The notes under the pieces were generated by a model. It ran no database searches and was not told the origin of the DNA. It saw only the letters and a program-made list of their open reading frames with translations. From a virus: a stretch of DNA of 64,000 bases. The position numbers and the translations under genes are program-made. The stretch covers positions 51,004 through 115,003 of the IMG/VR virus record IMGVR_UViG_3300028198_000256; one strand, 5' to 3'. Positions 19,298 to 29,736 of the stretch are shown piece after piece (within the stretch, counting starts at the first letter, position 1; the number at the start of each line of letters is the position of its first letter).

Positions 19298-19615
19298 TTA
19301 ATTGAAATTATATCGGTACTCTACCGCTACATTTTCAAGATGTTGATCATTCCCTTCAAATAAATCCCAAGGTCCAGACATTTGTTGTCTATTATACATC
19401 ATGGTAACTTCATGTGATTTTGAACCAACATAAGCAGTAGTGAATAATCGTAGACCATTAGTATCTTGATCACCACTCCAAAAATTATCTAAGTTATCCA
19501 TATCTTGAGTCCAACGAAAACCAGCATCCTTCATTTTCATTGAAAATGAATCTGCAACAGCCACCGTTGTTGTAAATGCAAATAATACAGTTAATAAAAT
19601 TAATACCTTCTTCAT
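19298..19615 (-). CDS. Secreted or outer-membrane protein (likely start MKKVL at 19615)
   Basis: Sec signal peptide ending AVA; GAGG SD; beta-strand-like C-terminus YRYNFN. Confidence 0.65.
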   Translation of the reverse strand: MKKVLILLTVLFAFTTTVAVADSFSMKMKDAGFRWTQDMDNLDNFWSGDQDTNGLRLFTTAYVGSKSHEVTMMYNRQQMSGPWDLFEGNDQHLENVAVEYRYNFN

Positions 19616-19646
19616 ATTTTTTTCCTCTTTGTTGTAAAAATGAAAC

Positions 19647-19678
19647 ATAATGTGGGTATTTTCCAACACCCACATTAT
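19647..19678. terminator. Hairpin downstream of the tmRNA coding piece
   Basis: ATAATGTGGGT...ACCCACATTAT, 11-bp inverted repeat. Confidence 0.5.
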
Positions 19679-19684
19679 ATATAT

Positions 19685-20178
19685 AAGAGGATTTCTGTTG
19701 CCAAGTATCCCCAAACTCCGCATACTTATATACTAAGCTGCAACCGCAAAATTATCATCTGCATTTATTTTTTTGATTTTTACATCTTTCTTGATGAATA
19801 GTCCATATACAATATAGTACATTGTCGAATCTGTTCTCCCCCACAAAAATTGTCTAGTCACAACCCAAAAGTCCTGCAGAACTTCATGAACGCCACTTGC
19901 GGCTAAGGATACCCGGGAGTTTGTTGTCCCGTGTTCACATACGTCCATATATACATTGTAGAACCCATCATCGCTGGTTTGGTGCTAAGTTAAATGAACC
20001 CGTTGGCTCTGGGGGAATTCCCCCTCACCATCTTTCGTACGCTCCATCTATTCTACTAAGTATACCGTGTGTCACACATTCCGTATATATGCATTATACA
20101 TCTACACTAGACAATTTATGTGGAAGAGGTGGGAATCGCACCCACGTCCAACATACATAAAATATACTTCAAACTATT
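19685..20178 (-). ncRNA. ssrA: Circularly permuted (two-piece) tmRNA
   Basis: Acceptor piece GGAC-GTGGG TGCGATT CCCAC-CTCTTCC-A (ends 20121) lies upstream of the 5' strand GGGGGAG-AACAGATTCGAC (starts 19842); G3.U70 pair; helix 2 AATGTAC/GTATGTT; tag (A)ADDNFAVAA* at 19762-19733. Confidence 0.9.
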
Positions 20179-20479
20179 ATGCTTTTAACTTTAAATCTTC
20201 CTCCGTTACAATATCTTCATACCCATCATACTCACGAACATAAAACTTTAACCCCTCTGTAACATATGACAATCTCATATTATCAAACTCATATAAATTA
20301 TGAGTTGGTTCTGACATCTCCATCACCTGTTTATGAAATGATTTCTCATCCCCATGCAAAAATTCATAAATTAATTCAGCATCCATTCTAAGTGATTGGG
20401 GTTTAATGGAAAATCCACTACCCCAACCAGCATGTATAAGAACTCCTACTTTACCATCTGCACTATAATATTTGCCCAT
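20177..20479 (-). CDS. Conserved phage hypothetical protein
   Basis: GKVGVLI.AGWGSGFS and FYVREYDGYE pattern seen in phage proteins. Confidence 0.65.
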   Translation of the reverse strand: MGKYYSADGKVGVLIHAGWGSGFSIKPQSLRMDAELIYEFLHGDEKSFHKQVMEMSEPTHNLYEFDNMRLSYVTEGLKFYVREYDGYEDIVTEEDLKLKA

Positions 20480-22460
20480 CTAAATTCTCCACTAATTGTG
20501 CATCTTGAGAATGATATTGTTTAGTGATTTCTTTATCTGTTTCATCTGAATAATGTAATGGACCACCTCTAAATGGAGCAAATCCAGTACCAAAAATAAT
20601 ACCAGAATCTATAAGATCAGCAGACTCTACAATACCATCATACAAACATAATTTACACTCTCTAATAATTTTTTCAATTAACCTTGTCGTTATCTCTATT
20701 TTAGGATCCGCATAAACCGCATCCACGGGTTTACCTTTGTCATATATGTAAAACCCACTACCAGATTTAATACCCAATTTACCCTTGTCTACTAACTTCT
20801 TTAATCTTTTTGGAACAGTAATTCCAAGATCCTCACTTATTATATCCGTAACAAAATAACAAACATCAAGTCCTACAGTATCTGCCAATAATAATGGACC
20901 CATTGGCATACCAAAATCAGTAAAAGAATTGTCAATTTCTTCTTTACTATATCCCTCATCCAACATATTAATAGCCTCAATAAGTGTAGGCATTAACACA
21001 CGATTAACTAAAAATCCTGGACTCGATTTGACTTTTAATGGTAACTTATCAATATGTCTACAAAATGACATAGACTTCTCTATAACATCCTCTGATGTAA
21101 TATCTGAATATACCACTTCAACCAAAGGCATTTTTGCAACTGGATTAAAGAAGTGTATACCAACTAATCTCTCAGGATTTTTCATTTCACTTGATAATAC
21201 TTCCAACTTGATAGAAGATGTATTAGTGCCCAATATAGCAGTACGTTTCATTTCAGATTCTAATTCACTATATAATTGACGTTTAATATCCGCATTTTCA
21301 ACAATAGCTTCAATGACTATATCTGCGGAAGATATACCATATCCATTTTTATCAGGAATCAACCTATCATACACGTCATTGATTAAATAATCCTTTCCAG
21401 AAAATCTTTTTACATAAAATTTATACGATCTTTTCATTGCGGCAGCTATGGTGTTATCATCAATATCTTGTAAAGTCACCTTATATCCCCTTAGAGCCGC
21501 CCACATTGCAATGTCTCCACCCATTACACCAGCACCTATAACGTGGACATGTTTAAGATCTAACTTAGATTTATCACCAGAAGATTTAAGTAAATCCTGT
21601 AACATAAACACTCGTAATAAATTCTTTGCAGTATCTGTCATTGCTAACTTAGAAACCGACTCCGCCTCTGCATTCATAAAATGATGCTCATCATATCCAT
21701 ATTTTTCCCATATATCAACTAAAGCATATGGAGCAGGATAATGTTGTTTATTTGCCTCTTTCCTTAAATTTCTACGTATCTGCATTGATAATAACTTTCT
21801 ACCAATACCAGAATTCAATACAGAATCTAATTTATCTGGTCGTCTAACGGGAGGACACTTTGCAAGTACATCTTCCGCAGATTTAACTAATAAACGTTCA
21901 GGAACTGCATAATCAACTAATCCCATCTTTTTTGCCTGATATACTGATAAAGTACGTCCACTTAACATCATACCCATAGCCTTAATAACACCAAGAACTC
22001 TAATAGACCTAACAGAACCACCAAATCCAGGATGTATCCCCAACTTAACTTCAGGAAATCCGACTCGGATATTAGGAGAATCTAATATAATTCTATAATC
22101 ACATGATAATGCAAGTTCCAATCCACCACCAAGACACAATCCATTAATTAATGCCAATGTAGGAAATTCCATATCATCAATTAACCACATCACTTCTTGT
22201 CCTTTAGTAATGGCTTCATAAGCATCATCATACTCATGGAAATCCTTAAATTCTGTAACATCAGCACCAGCAATAAACCCAGTTGATTTATCAGAACAAA
22301 TAACCATACCATCAGGATTATCAGATTTAACCTCTAATAATACATCTTTTAATTCCGTTAATACTTCACCAGATAATACATTCATACTACCATAAGAATA
22401 ATCAAAATGTACCCATGCTATATTGTTAGAATATTTTAATTTAAAATGTTTATAATTCAT
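20463..22460 (-). CDS. fadJ: Multifunctional enoyl-CoA hydratase / 3-hydroxyacyl-CoA dehydrogenase (FadJ/FadB)
   Basis: FIAGADV, CLGGGLELAL, PEVKLG, VIGAGVMGG, TNTSS, GIHFFNPV, GMPMGP. Confidence 0.93.
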   Translation of the reverse strand: MNYKHFKLKYSNNIAWVHFDYSYGSMNVLSGEVLTELKDVLLEVKSDNPDGMVICSDKSTGFIAGADVTEFKDFHEYDDAYEAITKGQEVMWLIDDMEFPTLALINGLCLGGGLELALSCDYRIILDSPNIRVGFPEVKLGIHPGFGGSVRSIRVLGVIKAMGMMLSGRTLSVYQAKKMGLVDYAVPERLLVKSAEDVLAKCPPVRRPDKLDSVLNSGIGRKLLSMQIRRNLRKEANKQHYPAPYALVDIWEKYGYDEHHFMNAEAESVSKLAMTDTAKNLLRVFMLQDLLKSSGDKSKLDLKHVHVIGAGVMGGDIAMWAALRGYKVTLQDIDDNTIAAAMKRSYKFYVKRFSGKDYLINDVYDRLIPDKNGYGISSADIVIEAIVENADIKRQLYSELESEMKRTAILGTNTSSIKLEVLSSEMKNPERLVGIHFFNPVAKMPLVEVVYSDITSEDVIEKSMSFCRHIDKLPLKVKSSPGFLVNRVLMPTLIEAINMLDEGYSKEEIDNSFTDFGMPMGPLLLADTVGLDVCYFVTDIISEDLGITVPKRLKKLVDKGKLGIKSGSGFYIYDKGKPVDAVYADPKIEITTRLIEKIIRECKLCLYDGIVESADLIDSGIIFGTGFAPFRGGPLHYSDETDKEITKQYHSQDAQLVENLDGQIL

Positions 22461-22463
22461 AAT

Positions 22464-23768
22464 TTATCTCTTTAAATTTTCAACTAATATTGCACCACCT
22501 TGTCCATGTCCAATACATAAAGATGCAACCCCATAATGTCCACCACTTGATTCTAACGTCTTAATTAAATGATATACTATCCGTGTTCCAGAAGCACCTA
22601 CAGGATGTCCTATACTAATAGAACCACCATGAACATTTAATTTTTCATCAGGTATTAACCCAAATGGTTCATTCAATCCAAACTCAGATAAACAATAATC
22701 TGCATCATTCATTGCCCTTGTACAACCAATAACTTGTGATGCAAAAGCTTCATTTAATTCCCAACTATCAATATCATCACATCGTAACCCATTTCTCATA
22801 ACAAGAGGAACTATTGACTGAACTGGTCCCAATCCCATCTCTGATGGATCTACTCCAGCCCACTTAGTATCAATAATTTTTGCAATAGCTTTATCACGTA
22901 ACCCATACTTATCCAAGGCATCCTCACTTGCCAACAAAACAAATGAAGCACCATCCGTAATAGGTGAAGAATTACCCGCAGTCACATTACCAAATATTTT
23001 ATCAAAAACTGGTCTTAATTTCCCTAATTTTTCAATAGTGTTCTTGGATCTAACAGATTCATCTTTATTGTAAAAATTCCCATCAGTATCATATATAGTA
23101 ACAATCTCATCCTCTAATACATTAGTATTTTGTGAGATAGACGCTTTCATATGACTATCTAATGAATAAGCATCCATATCATTTCTAGATATATTAAACT
23201 TATATGCCAAATTCTCGGCAGTCTGTCCCATTGATAAATTAATAGTTGGATCTTTTAATGCACGTAATAAACTAATCACTGGAACTAATAACTTAGGTCT
23301 AAACTTAAGTAACACAGACAACTTCTTAGAAAATGTCTTAGCTAATGTAAATTCAGACAACCACATAGTCATATCATCATTAAATAATAATGGTGCCCTA
23401 CTCATAGTTTCCGTACCACCAGCAATAATCAAATCAGACTGTCCACAAGATATACTCCTATATGCCGAATCAATTGACTGCAAACCAGAAGCACAATTTC
23501 GTTGTACCGTATATGCCGGTATATTAACATTAAGTCCTAATCGTAATGCTAACAATTTTGCAATATTACACTCATCGGCGTTGGGGTTCATGCAACCAAC
23601 AACCAATTCATCCACATCATCATTACCAATATCATTACGAATCAACATAGGTCTAACCACCTGAATAGCCAAATCCAATGCCTTAAACTTTCCAGGACTT
23701 CCTTTAGCCTTTAAAAAAGGTGTCCTACTACCATCTACAATATATACATCATTTAACTTATATTTCAT
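22464..23768 (-). CDS. fadI: Acetyl-CoA acyltransferase (3-ketoacyl-CoA thiolase, FadI/FadA)
   Basis: RNCASG, TAGNSSPITDGA, NEAFA, GHPVGASG, CIGHGQG. Confidence 0.93.
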   Translation of the reverse strand: MKYKLNDVYIVDGSRTPFLKAKGSPGKFKALDLAIQVVRPMLIRNDIGNDDVDELVVGCMNPNADECNIAKLLALRLGLNVNIPAYTVQRNCASGLQSIDSAYRSISCGQSDLIIAGGTETMSRAPLLFNDDMTMWLSEFTLAKTFSKKLSVLLKFRPKLLVPVISLLRALKDPTINLSMGQTAENLAYKFNISRNDMDAYSLDSHMKASISQNTNVLEDEIVTIYDTDGNFYNKDESVRSKNTIEKLGKLRPVFDKIFGNVTAGNSSPITDGASFVLLASEDALDKYGLRDKAIAKIIDTKWAGVDPSEMGLGPVQSIVPLVMRNGLRCDDIDSWELNEAFASQVIGCTRAMNDADYCLSEFGLNEPFGLIPDEKLNVHGGSISIGHPVGASGTRIVYHLIKTLESSGGHYGVASLCIGHGQGGAILVENLKR

Positions 23769-23773
23769 AACTA

Positions 23774-23962
23774 CTATCCCCCTTCTTCAAGGTCTTCCTT
23801 TAATTTCATAAATTTCTTACGTTCCAATAATAACATATAACACCTACCACAATGCCACGTGCTATCATCTTTTAATAATTTTTTAACCAAATCTAACTTC
23901 AATTCACAATAACTAATATCATTACATAAGCATATTATATTCCTATGCCCTATCATGTCCAA
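23774..23962 (-). CDS. Bfd-like [2Fe-2S] ferredoxin
   Basis: ICLCNDIS...HCGRC cysteine spacing. Confidence 0.6.
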   Translation of the reverse strand: MDMIGHRNIICLCNDISYCELKLDLVKKLLKDDSTWHCGRCYMLLLERKKFMKLKEDLEEGG

Positions 23963-24148
23963 TCATGGTATGTTGTCCTTAACCGAAATGAGTCCTGTTG
24001 CAATAATTATCCATATCGGTATTAATACAAATAAAATACCTAACAATATTTTATTTGTAATATCTTCAGCCTTCACCGACATATTCATAACATTACATAA
24101 AATCACAAATGACAATATACATAACCAAACTATTTCAAACCATCCCAT
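23963..24148 (-). CDS. Small membrane protein
   Basis: Two hydrophobic helices; GGAG SD. Confidence 0.55.
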   Translation of the reverse strand: MGWFEIVWLCILSFVILCNVMNMSVKAEDITNKILLGILFVLIPIWIIIATGLISVKDNIP

Positions 24149-24157
24149 TTTAAACTC

Positions 24158-25180
24158 CTATTCAAACTTTGACAAAGACCGTAATATCTTTTCATGTTTA
24201 GAATTAATATTTTTAGGAATTTGCAAATCAATACTACATATTAAATCTCCAACACGACCATTACCTCGACGTATACCTTTACCAGTTATTCTTAATAACT
24301 TACCAACAACACTCCCACGTGATATTCTAACTTTAAGAGTGGTATTATCTAATAAAGTTAACTGAACCTCACCACCCAAACACAAAGTGGAATATCCAAC
24401 CTCTAACTTACGAATCAAATTAAAAGCATCTCGTTGATATATGTCATGTGGTAATATTTTAACTGATATATATAAATCACCGACAACACCATTATCTTTG
24501 TTAGTAAATCCACGTCCTTGATATCTTAACCTCTCACCACTGGTTATTCCAGAAGGTATAGTTAATTTAAAATTTTCCTGTTTTTTTGTATAACCTTCCC
24601 CATTACACACTTTACAAGGTTTTATTATAACCTTACCACGACCACTACAATAACCACACTCAGAAGCAACCCTTTGTCCAAACAGATTAGAATGATATAA
24701 CATACCATTACCACCACAAGAACGACAATCAATCTCATCTTTAGGAGATAATATACCACTACCCCTACATGGTGTACATCTATATTCCTTTGGTATCTTT
24801 ATTTCTAAATCATCACCATATACTGATTGTTGTAAAGTTAAAGAAACCGTATATTCAACATCACGACCCCTATGGTTTTGTCTTGGTCGACTTTGTTGTT
24901 GTCCAAACCCACCGAATATATCTGAAAATGGATCAAATCCACGTCCACCCTGTCTTTGTGTATCATGTCCAAATGTATCATACTGTCTGCGTTTTTCAGA
25001 ATCAGACAAAATTTCATACGCCTCAGTAACATCTTTAAACTTAGATTCACAAACAGTATCACCCTGGTTTTTATCAGGGTGATATTTCATTGCCAACTTA
25101 CGATAACTTTTCTTTATATCACCAGAAGATGCATTCTTCTTCACACTCAATACATCATAATAATCACGTTTAGACATCAA
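24158..25180 (-). CDS. dnaJ: Chaperone DnaJ
   Basis: J-domain HPD, G/F region, four CxxCxGxG repeats. Confidence 0.95.
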   Translation of the reverse strand: MMSKRDYYDVLSVKKNASSGDIKKSYRKLAMKYHPDKNQGDTVCESKFKDVTEAYEILSDSEKRRQYDTFGHDTQRQGGRGFDPFSDIFGGFGQQQSRPRQNHRGRDVEYTVSLTLQQSVYGDDLEIKIPKEYRCTPCRGSGILSPKDEIDCRSCGGNGMLYHSNLFGQRVASECGYCSGRGKVIIKPCKVCNGEGYTKKQENFKLTIPSGITSGERLRYQGRGFTNKDNGVVGDLYISVKILPHDIYQRDAFNLIRKLEVGYSTLCLGGEVQLTLLDNTTLKVRISRGSVVGKLLRITGKGIRRGNGRVGDLICSIDLQIPKNINSKHEKILRSLSKFE

Positions 25181-25189
25181 ATCACCGAA

Positions 25190-27100
25190 TTATTTAGTTT
25201 CTGTTTTTTCTTCTGGTGTCGGTTCCACAATCTCAGCATCTACAACTTCTGCCTCTTCGGGAACGACACCATCAACGACTTCTGCTTCAGGTTCCGGAAC
25301 TGGCTTTTGTAAAGTTGCAGATAACTCAGCCAACGATTGCACTTTAGTATTAATATCATCTAAATCTTCACCAGACATAGATTCTTTCAATTCAGAAACA
25401 CTATTTACGATCTTCTCACGTTCTTCATCTGGTACTATAATTTCTTCGTCTGCTAATTTCTTCTCAACATCATTAATAAATCCTTCCGCCATATTTCTTG
25501 CACCAACCAACGCAGTATACTTATCATCTGCATCTTTATGTTCTTCACCCTCTTTAATCATACGTTCTACATCTTCATCAGATAACCCCGATGAAGATTT
25601 AATTTCAATTGATTGTTCCTTACCAGTGTTTTTATCCTTGGCAGAAACATGCATAATACCATTAGCATCAATATTAAATTCAACTTCAATTTGTGGTGTT
25701 CCGCGTGGTCCTGGTTGAATTTCTGTTAAATCAAATCTACCTAAAGAATTATTACCAGAAGCAACTGAACGTTCACCTTGAAGAACATGAATAGTTACAG
25801 CTGATTGATTATCCTCTGCCGTCGAAAATACTTCACTTTTTTTCGTTGGAATGGTGGTATTCTTTTCAATTAATGTGGTCATAACACCACCCATCGTTTC
25901 AATACCTAATGACAATGGAGTAACATCAAGCAATAACACATTGTCAATACCACCAGATAACACACCACCCTGTGTAGCAGCACCAAGAGCAACTGACTCA
26001 TCAGGATTTACATCCTTTCTCGGTTCAATTCCAAAAATAGATTTTACCATTTCTTGAACTTTAGGCATTCTAGTTTGCCCACCAACTAAAATAACATCAT
26101 CGACCTTAGTAATGTCTGCATCCTTTAACGCAGTAACACATGGGTTTTTTGTACGTTCAATTAATTCAGATACCATCTTCTCCAATTTAGAACGTGAAAT
26201 CTTAACATTTAAATGTTTAGGACCAGTAGAATCCGCAGTAATATATGGTAAATTTACTTCAGTTTCTTGAGTCGATGACAACTCAATTTTACACTTTTCT
26301 GCCGCTTCTTTTAATCGTTGTAATGCAATAGGATCATTATGAAGATCTACACCATTTTCTTTTTTAAATTCATCACAGAGATAATCAATAAGTCGTAAAT
26401 CGAAATCCTCACCACCTAAAAATGTATCACCATTAGTAGACAATACTTCAAAGGAATATTCCCCATCCACATTCGACATCTCAATAATAGAAACATCAAA
26501 AGTACCACCACCAAGATCATAAACAGCAACTACCTTATCATCTTTAATATCACCCTTATCTAAACCATAAGATAGAGCCGCAGCAGTAGGTTCATTGATA
26601 ATTCGCATAACATCTAGTCCTGCAATCTTACCAGCATCCTTTGTTGCCTGTCTTTGTGAATCATTAAAATAAGCAGGAACAGTAATAACCGCCTGTGTTA
26701 CTTCAGAACCCAAATATGACTCCGCATCTTTTTTTAATTTCATTAAAATTTTTGATGAAATTTCTGGGGGAGATAATAACTCACCACCAGATTTTACCCA
26801 CGCATCACCATTATCCGCCTCTACAATGTCATAAGGCACCATAGATATGTCCTTTTGAACTGCATCATCTTTAAACTTTCTGCCAATTAATCTCTTAACC
26901 GCAAACAATGTATCTTTTGGATTAGTCACCGATTGTCTCTTAGCCGACTGTCCTACTAATATTTCCGAATCCGAATGTGAAACTATAGATGGTGTCGTCC
27001 TAGAACCTTCACCATTTTCAATTACTACTGCCTTACCATTCTCTAATACAGCTACACATGAATTAGTAGTACCCAAATCAATACCAATAATATTACCCAT
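25190..27100 (-). CDS. dnaK: Chaperone DnaK (Hsp70)
   Basis: [37 protein letters not shown]. Confidence 0.97.
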   Translation of the reverse strand: MGNIIGIDLGTTNSCVAVLENGKAVVIENGEGSRTTPSIVSHSDSEILVGQSAKRQSVTNPKDTLFAVKRLIGRKFKDDAVQKDISMVPYDIVEADNGDAWVKSGGELLSPPEISSKILMKLKKDAESYLGSEVTQAVITVPAYFNDSQRQATKDAGKIAGLDVMRIINEPTAAALSYGLDKGDIKDDKVVAVYDLGGGTFDVSIIEMSNVDGEYSFEVLSTNGDTFLGGEDFDLRLIDYLCDEFKKENGVDLHNDPIALQRLKEAAEKCKIELSSTQETEVNLPYITADSTGPKHLNVKISRSKLEKMVSELIERTKNPCVTALKDADITKVDDVILVGGQTRMPKVQEMVKSIFGIEPRKDVNPDESVALGAATQGGVLSGGIDNVLLLDVTPLSLGIETMGGVMTTLIEKNTTIPTKKSEVFSTAEDNQSAVTIHVLQGERSVASGNNSLGRFDLTEIQPGPRGTPQIEVEFNIDANGIMHVSAKDKNTGKEQSIEIKSSSGLSDEDVERMIKEGEEHKDADDKYTALVGARNMAEGFINDVEKKLADEEIIVPDEEREKIVNSVSELKESMSGEDLDDINTKVQSLAELSATLQKPVPEPEAEVVDGVVPEEAEVVDAEIVEPTPEEKTETK

Positions 27101-27122
27101 TTTTACTTCTCCTTTCTCAATT

Positions 27123-27425
27123 TTAAATTAAACCGCTTTTCTTTCTTGCATTATTAATAATCTCTGTATTCTTTACAGTTTTCGCGTCCCTACCACCCAA
27201 CTTCTCAGCAAGTGGGGTATAAGGATTATTCTCTGCAACTTTAGAAAGTACCTCTTTAAACCCCTCACTGACTTTCATATCACCCCTACCAGATATTATC
27301 TTAGGAGCACCAATTATTTGTTTTATATTAGAGTTATCTGATAAAAATACATCCTTTTCAGATATACTAATAAACTTATCGAATACTTCGTCCGTATCAT
27401 TATTTTTAAATGTATATATAGGCAT
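27123..27425 (-). CDS. Conserved T4-like phage protein (FmdB-like N-terminus)
   Basis: MPIYTF...GFKEVLSKV pattern. Confidence 0.6.
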   Translation of the reverse strand: MPIYTFKNNDTDEVFDKFISISEKDVFLSDNSNIKQIIGAPKIISGRGDMKVSEGFKEVLSKVAENNPYTPLAEKLGGRDAKTVKNTEIINNARKKSGLI

Positions 27426-27941
27426 CTATTTTCTTACCATTATTCTTAATTCTAAATTATCACTTTCTTTACAGAAAGTCTGTTCGAAATTAGATTCCAT
27501 TTCTTCCATATAATCCCTCTCTATATATAAATTACTATTTATTTTTTTATCTAATACTGTCGCAATATAAAACATATTAATATATTTCCAATATGTCATA
27601 TATGTATAATACCCACCAATAATATGTACATTCATATGTGAATGATCGGACAACCACGACAATGAATCAGATATATTAATCTTAAATGATTTCTCATCAT
27701 ATGTTATTTCATTATTAGTCACAACATACTTCATATAATCTTCTGGTAATATACTAAATAATTGCTTATATGTATTATGCCCCATCAACAATATACCATT
27801 TCTCATTCTCATAGTACGGTCAAACCACGCCTGTGTCTTTTTAGAATACACAACAAGATTACAACCATTATCATCAATGCCATAATCTTCACTCAATATT
27901 ATACTTGCACTTACTGTCCTTTTTGTATTAATCATATTCAA
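27426..27941 (-). CDS. Dihydrofolate reductase-fold protein, divergent
   Basis: LLMGHNTY and HIIGG motifs; the LPW..D region is degenerate. Confidence 0.65.
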   Translation of the reverse strand: MNMINTKRTVSASIILSEDYGIDDNGCNLVVYSKKTQAWFDRTMRMRNGILLMGHNTYKQLFSILPEDYMKYVVTNNEITYDEKSFKINISDSLSWLSDHSHMNVHIIGGYYTYMTYWKYINMFYIATVLDKKINSNLYIERDYMEEMESNFEQTFCKESDNLELRIMVRK

Positions 27942-28342
27942 TCTAATAAATTTGGAAACACCTCGTCTACTAATCTTCTAGTTAACCACTTAACCTTCAT
28001 TTTTTTATTTATAATTTTGACAACGATCTCAGACTCTTTATGATGTAAACTCTCCAAGAATTGAATAAATCTATGTTCACTCCTATAATTAACGAAATAA
28101 GATTCATCTAAAAATACTTCAAATTCTGATAACCTTTTATGCAAATTACTTAGAGTATATCCCTCCGGAGAATCATCAGGAGTATACTTAGGCACTTTAT
28201 CTAATGCAAAATGAAAATCATCAAACATCAATTTTAATGTTTTTAATAATAACTTACTATTATTTTGCAATAACACATGTTTTCTTTCTTTTGTATTCTT
28301 TGCCTCATCAAACTCAAAAAATACTTCGTGTATATGTTTCAT
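27938..28342 (-). CDS. Conserved T4-like phage protein downstream of rnh
   Basis: FIQFLESLH..E, VDEVFPNLL pattern; probable start MKHIHE. Confidence 0.65.
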   Translation of the reverse strand: MKHIHEVFFEFDEAKNTKERKHVLLQNNSKLLLKTLKLMFDDFHFALDKVPKYTPDDSPEGYTLSNLHKRLSEFEVFLDESYFVNYRSEHRFIQFLESLHHKESEIVVKIINKKMKVKWLTRRLVDEVFPNLLD

Positions 28343-29219
28343 TTATATCCTCTTTAAAATTATCTAATTGCATAAAAAACATCATCATTCTACGTGCTTG
28401 AAAATATTCCATCATAGTACGATTGTTACCATTTGGAGATTTAACGAAAGAATCCAATATATTATTAACAATTTCATCTGGTATACATGAAAAATCTATA
28501 AGTTGTTTGTTTCTATCATATCTTCTAATCATATCCTCATTACAAAATTCTGAAGGGTTCTTCGATATATCCATCATATCAATTATACTTTTTTTACGTA
28601 AAGATGTCTGCCGTTTACCAGTTGCGAATACATCATCATCTGATAATATATTTGGAATTCCATCTGATCTATCACCCCTTATAATATGTTCTCTTAAAAA
28701 CTTTAATGGGTTATCAGTAACTAAAAACTTACCAGCACTTTGACTATATTGAAACACGCCATCATAAATTTGTAATTGTTTAAAATCTTTATCAGAAGAT
28801 AATATCAATACCTTTTCAAGATGATGATACTCTTTAGTCAAAATTGCAATAATGTCATCTGCCTCAGTTTTATCAATCTCTAACACTCTATATGGAAAAT
28901 AATCAACCAAATCCTTCTTTATGGAAGACATGCCATCAAATACAAATTTCCAATCAAATTTAGAAGTCTCTCTATCTTTCTTCCTAGAATGTTTATAATA
29001 CGGAAATATATCCTTTCGCCAAAAATGTTTATTATCACAACATATAACAATATTACCATATTTTTTAGAATATTTCTTTTTAACAGATAATACATATTCT
29101 AAAAATAAATTCATAACCGCAGAATATTCAACTATATCATCTGGTTCCTCTCTTAACGTATTGTTCAATTCCCTAATAGATAAACTTATTATAATTTGAT
29201 TAAAATCTATTAATATCAT
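28314..29219 (-). CDS. rnh: T4-type RNase H (5'-3' exonuclease)
   Basis: ILIDFNQ, WRK..FPYYK..R, EADDIIA, SSDKDF, GDRSDGIPN. Confidence 0.92.
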   Translation of the reverse strand: MILIDFNQIIISLSIRELNNTLREEPDDIVEYSAVMNLFLEYVLSVKKKYSKKYGNIVICCDNKHFWRKDIFPYYKHSRKKDRETSKFDWKFVFDGMSSIKKDLVDYFPYRVLEIDKTEADDIIAILTKEYHHLEKVLILSSDKDFKQLQIYDGVFQYSQSAGKFLVTDNPLKFLREHIIRGDRSDGIPNILSDDDVFATGKRQTSLRKKSIIDMMDISKNPSEFCNEDMIRRYDRNKQLIDFSCIPDEIVNNILDSFVKSPNGNNRTMMEYFQARRMMMFFMQLDNFKEDINETYTRSIF

Positions 29220-29399
29220 ATATCACCAATTTATTCACCAAAATCTAAACTAAGGTATTCCGTCACGTCAACATTAGTTCCGCACATACTACAGTATTTA
29301 ACACCATTATCATCGTCATCCATCAACACCACCACATATTCAGATTCACAATTATCACATTTTATTTGTATATCCATATACCTATCCCTCTCTTAATAA

Positions 29400-29579
29400 T
29401 CAGAACACATCTTCATCCCTTTGAAATTTCTTACTTACTTTTTTATCCTTAAAAGTATTTCTGTATTCTATTTGTTCCCATCTAATTTTACCATACATAG
29501 AAATAAAACTCTCTTTATCCATTTCTAACCAATCGTTCTCAGACTCAAAATCTATATCATGTAAATTCATTTTAGACAT
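29400..29579 (-). CDS. 59-aa hypothetical protein (not in ORF track)
   Basis: MSKMNLHD...DWLEMDKESFISMYGKIRWEQIEY; similar to the C-terminus of 29737-30156. Confidence 0.5.
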   Translation of the reverse strand: MSKMNLHDIDFESENDWLEMDKESFISMYGKIRWEQIEYRNTFKDKKVSKKFQRDEDVF

Positions 29580-29736
29580 AATACTACACCTACTCTCCTA
29601 ACTCATTTTTTTAACAATTCTTCTATATGATCAACTACAGAAGTACTCCTTGCAGCCAACCAAACATTAATATACTTATATCCATATTTTTTACCAAATT
29701 CAATCATACTCATAGTTTCAACATCATCACTCATAC

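Noticed and set aside
19733-19948. 71-aa ORF ending ADDNFAVAA as an ordinary protein gene
   Set aside because: It is the open frame running into the tmRNA tag and crosses the acceptor strand; better explained as tmRNA.
19843-20120. tmRNA spacer as RNase P RNA, 6S, SRP RNA, group I intron or hammerhead
   Set aside because: No GAGGAAAGUCC/P4, SRP domain IV loop, group I P/Q/R/S elements or CUGANGA-GAAA core found by eye. A short GAGCCAACGGGTTCA resemblance to 6S is too weak to call.
936-27100. Left half as bacterial chromosome or a prophage flank
   Set aside because: Metabolic genes alternate with typical phage genes, share strand, composition and promoter type, and are not in host operon context; no integrase or att site seen. 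A chimeric assembly cannot be formally excluded without reads.
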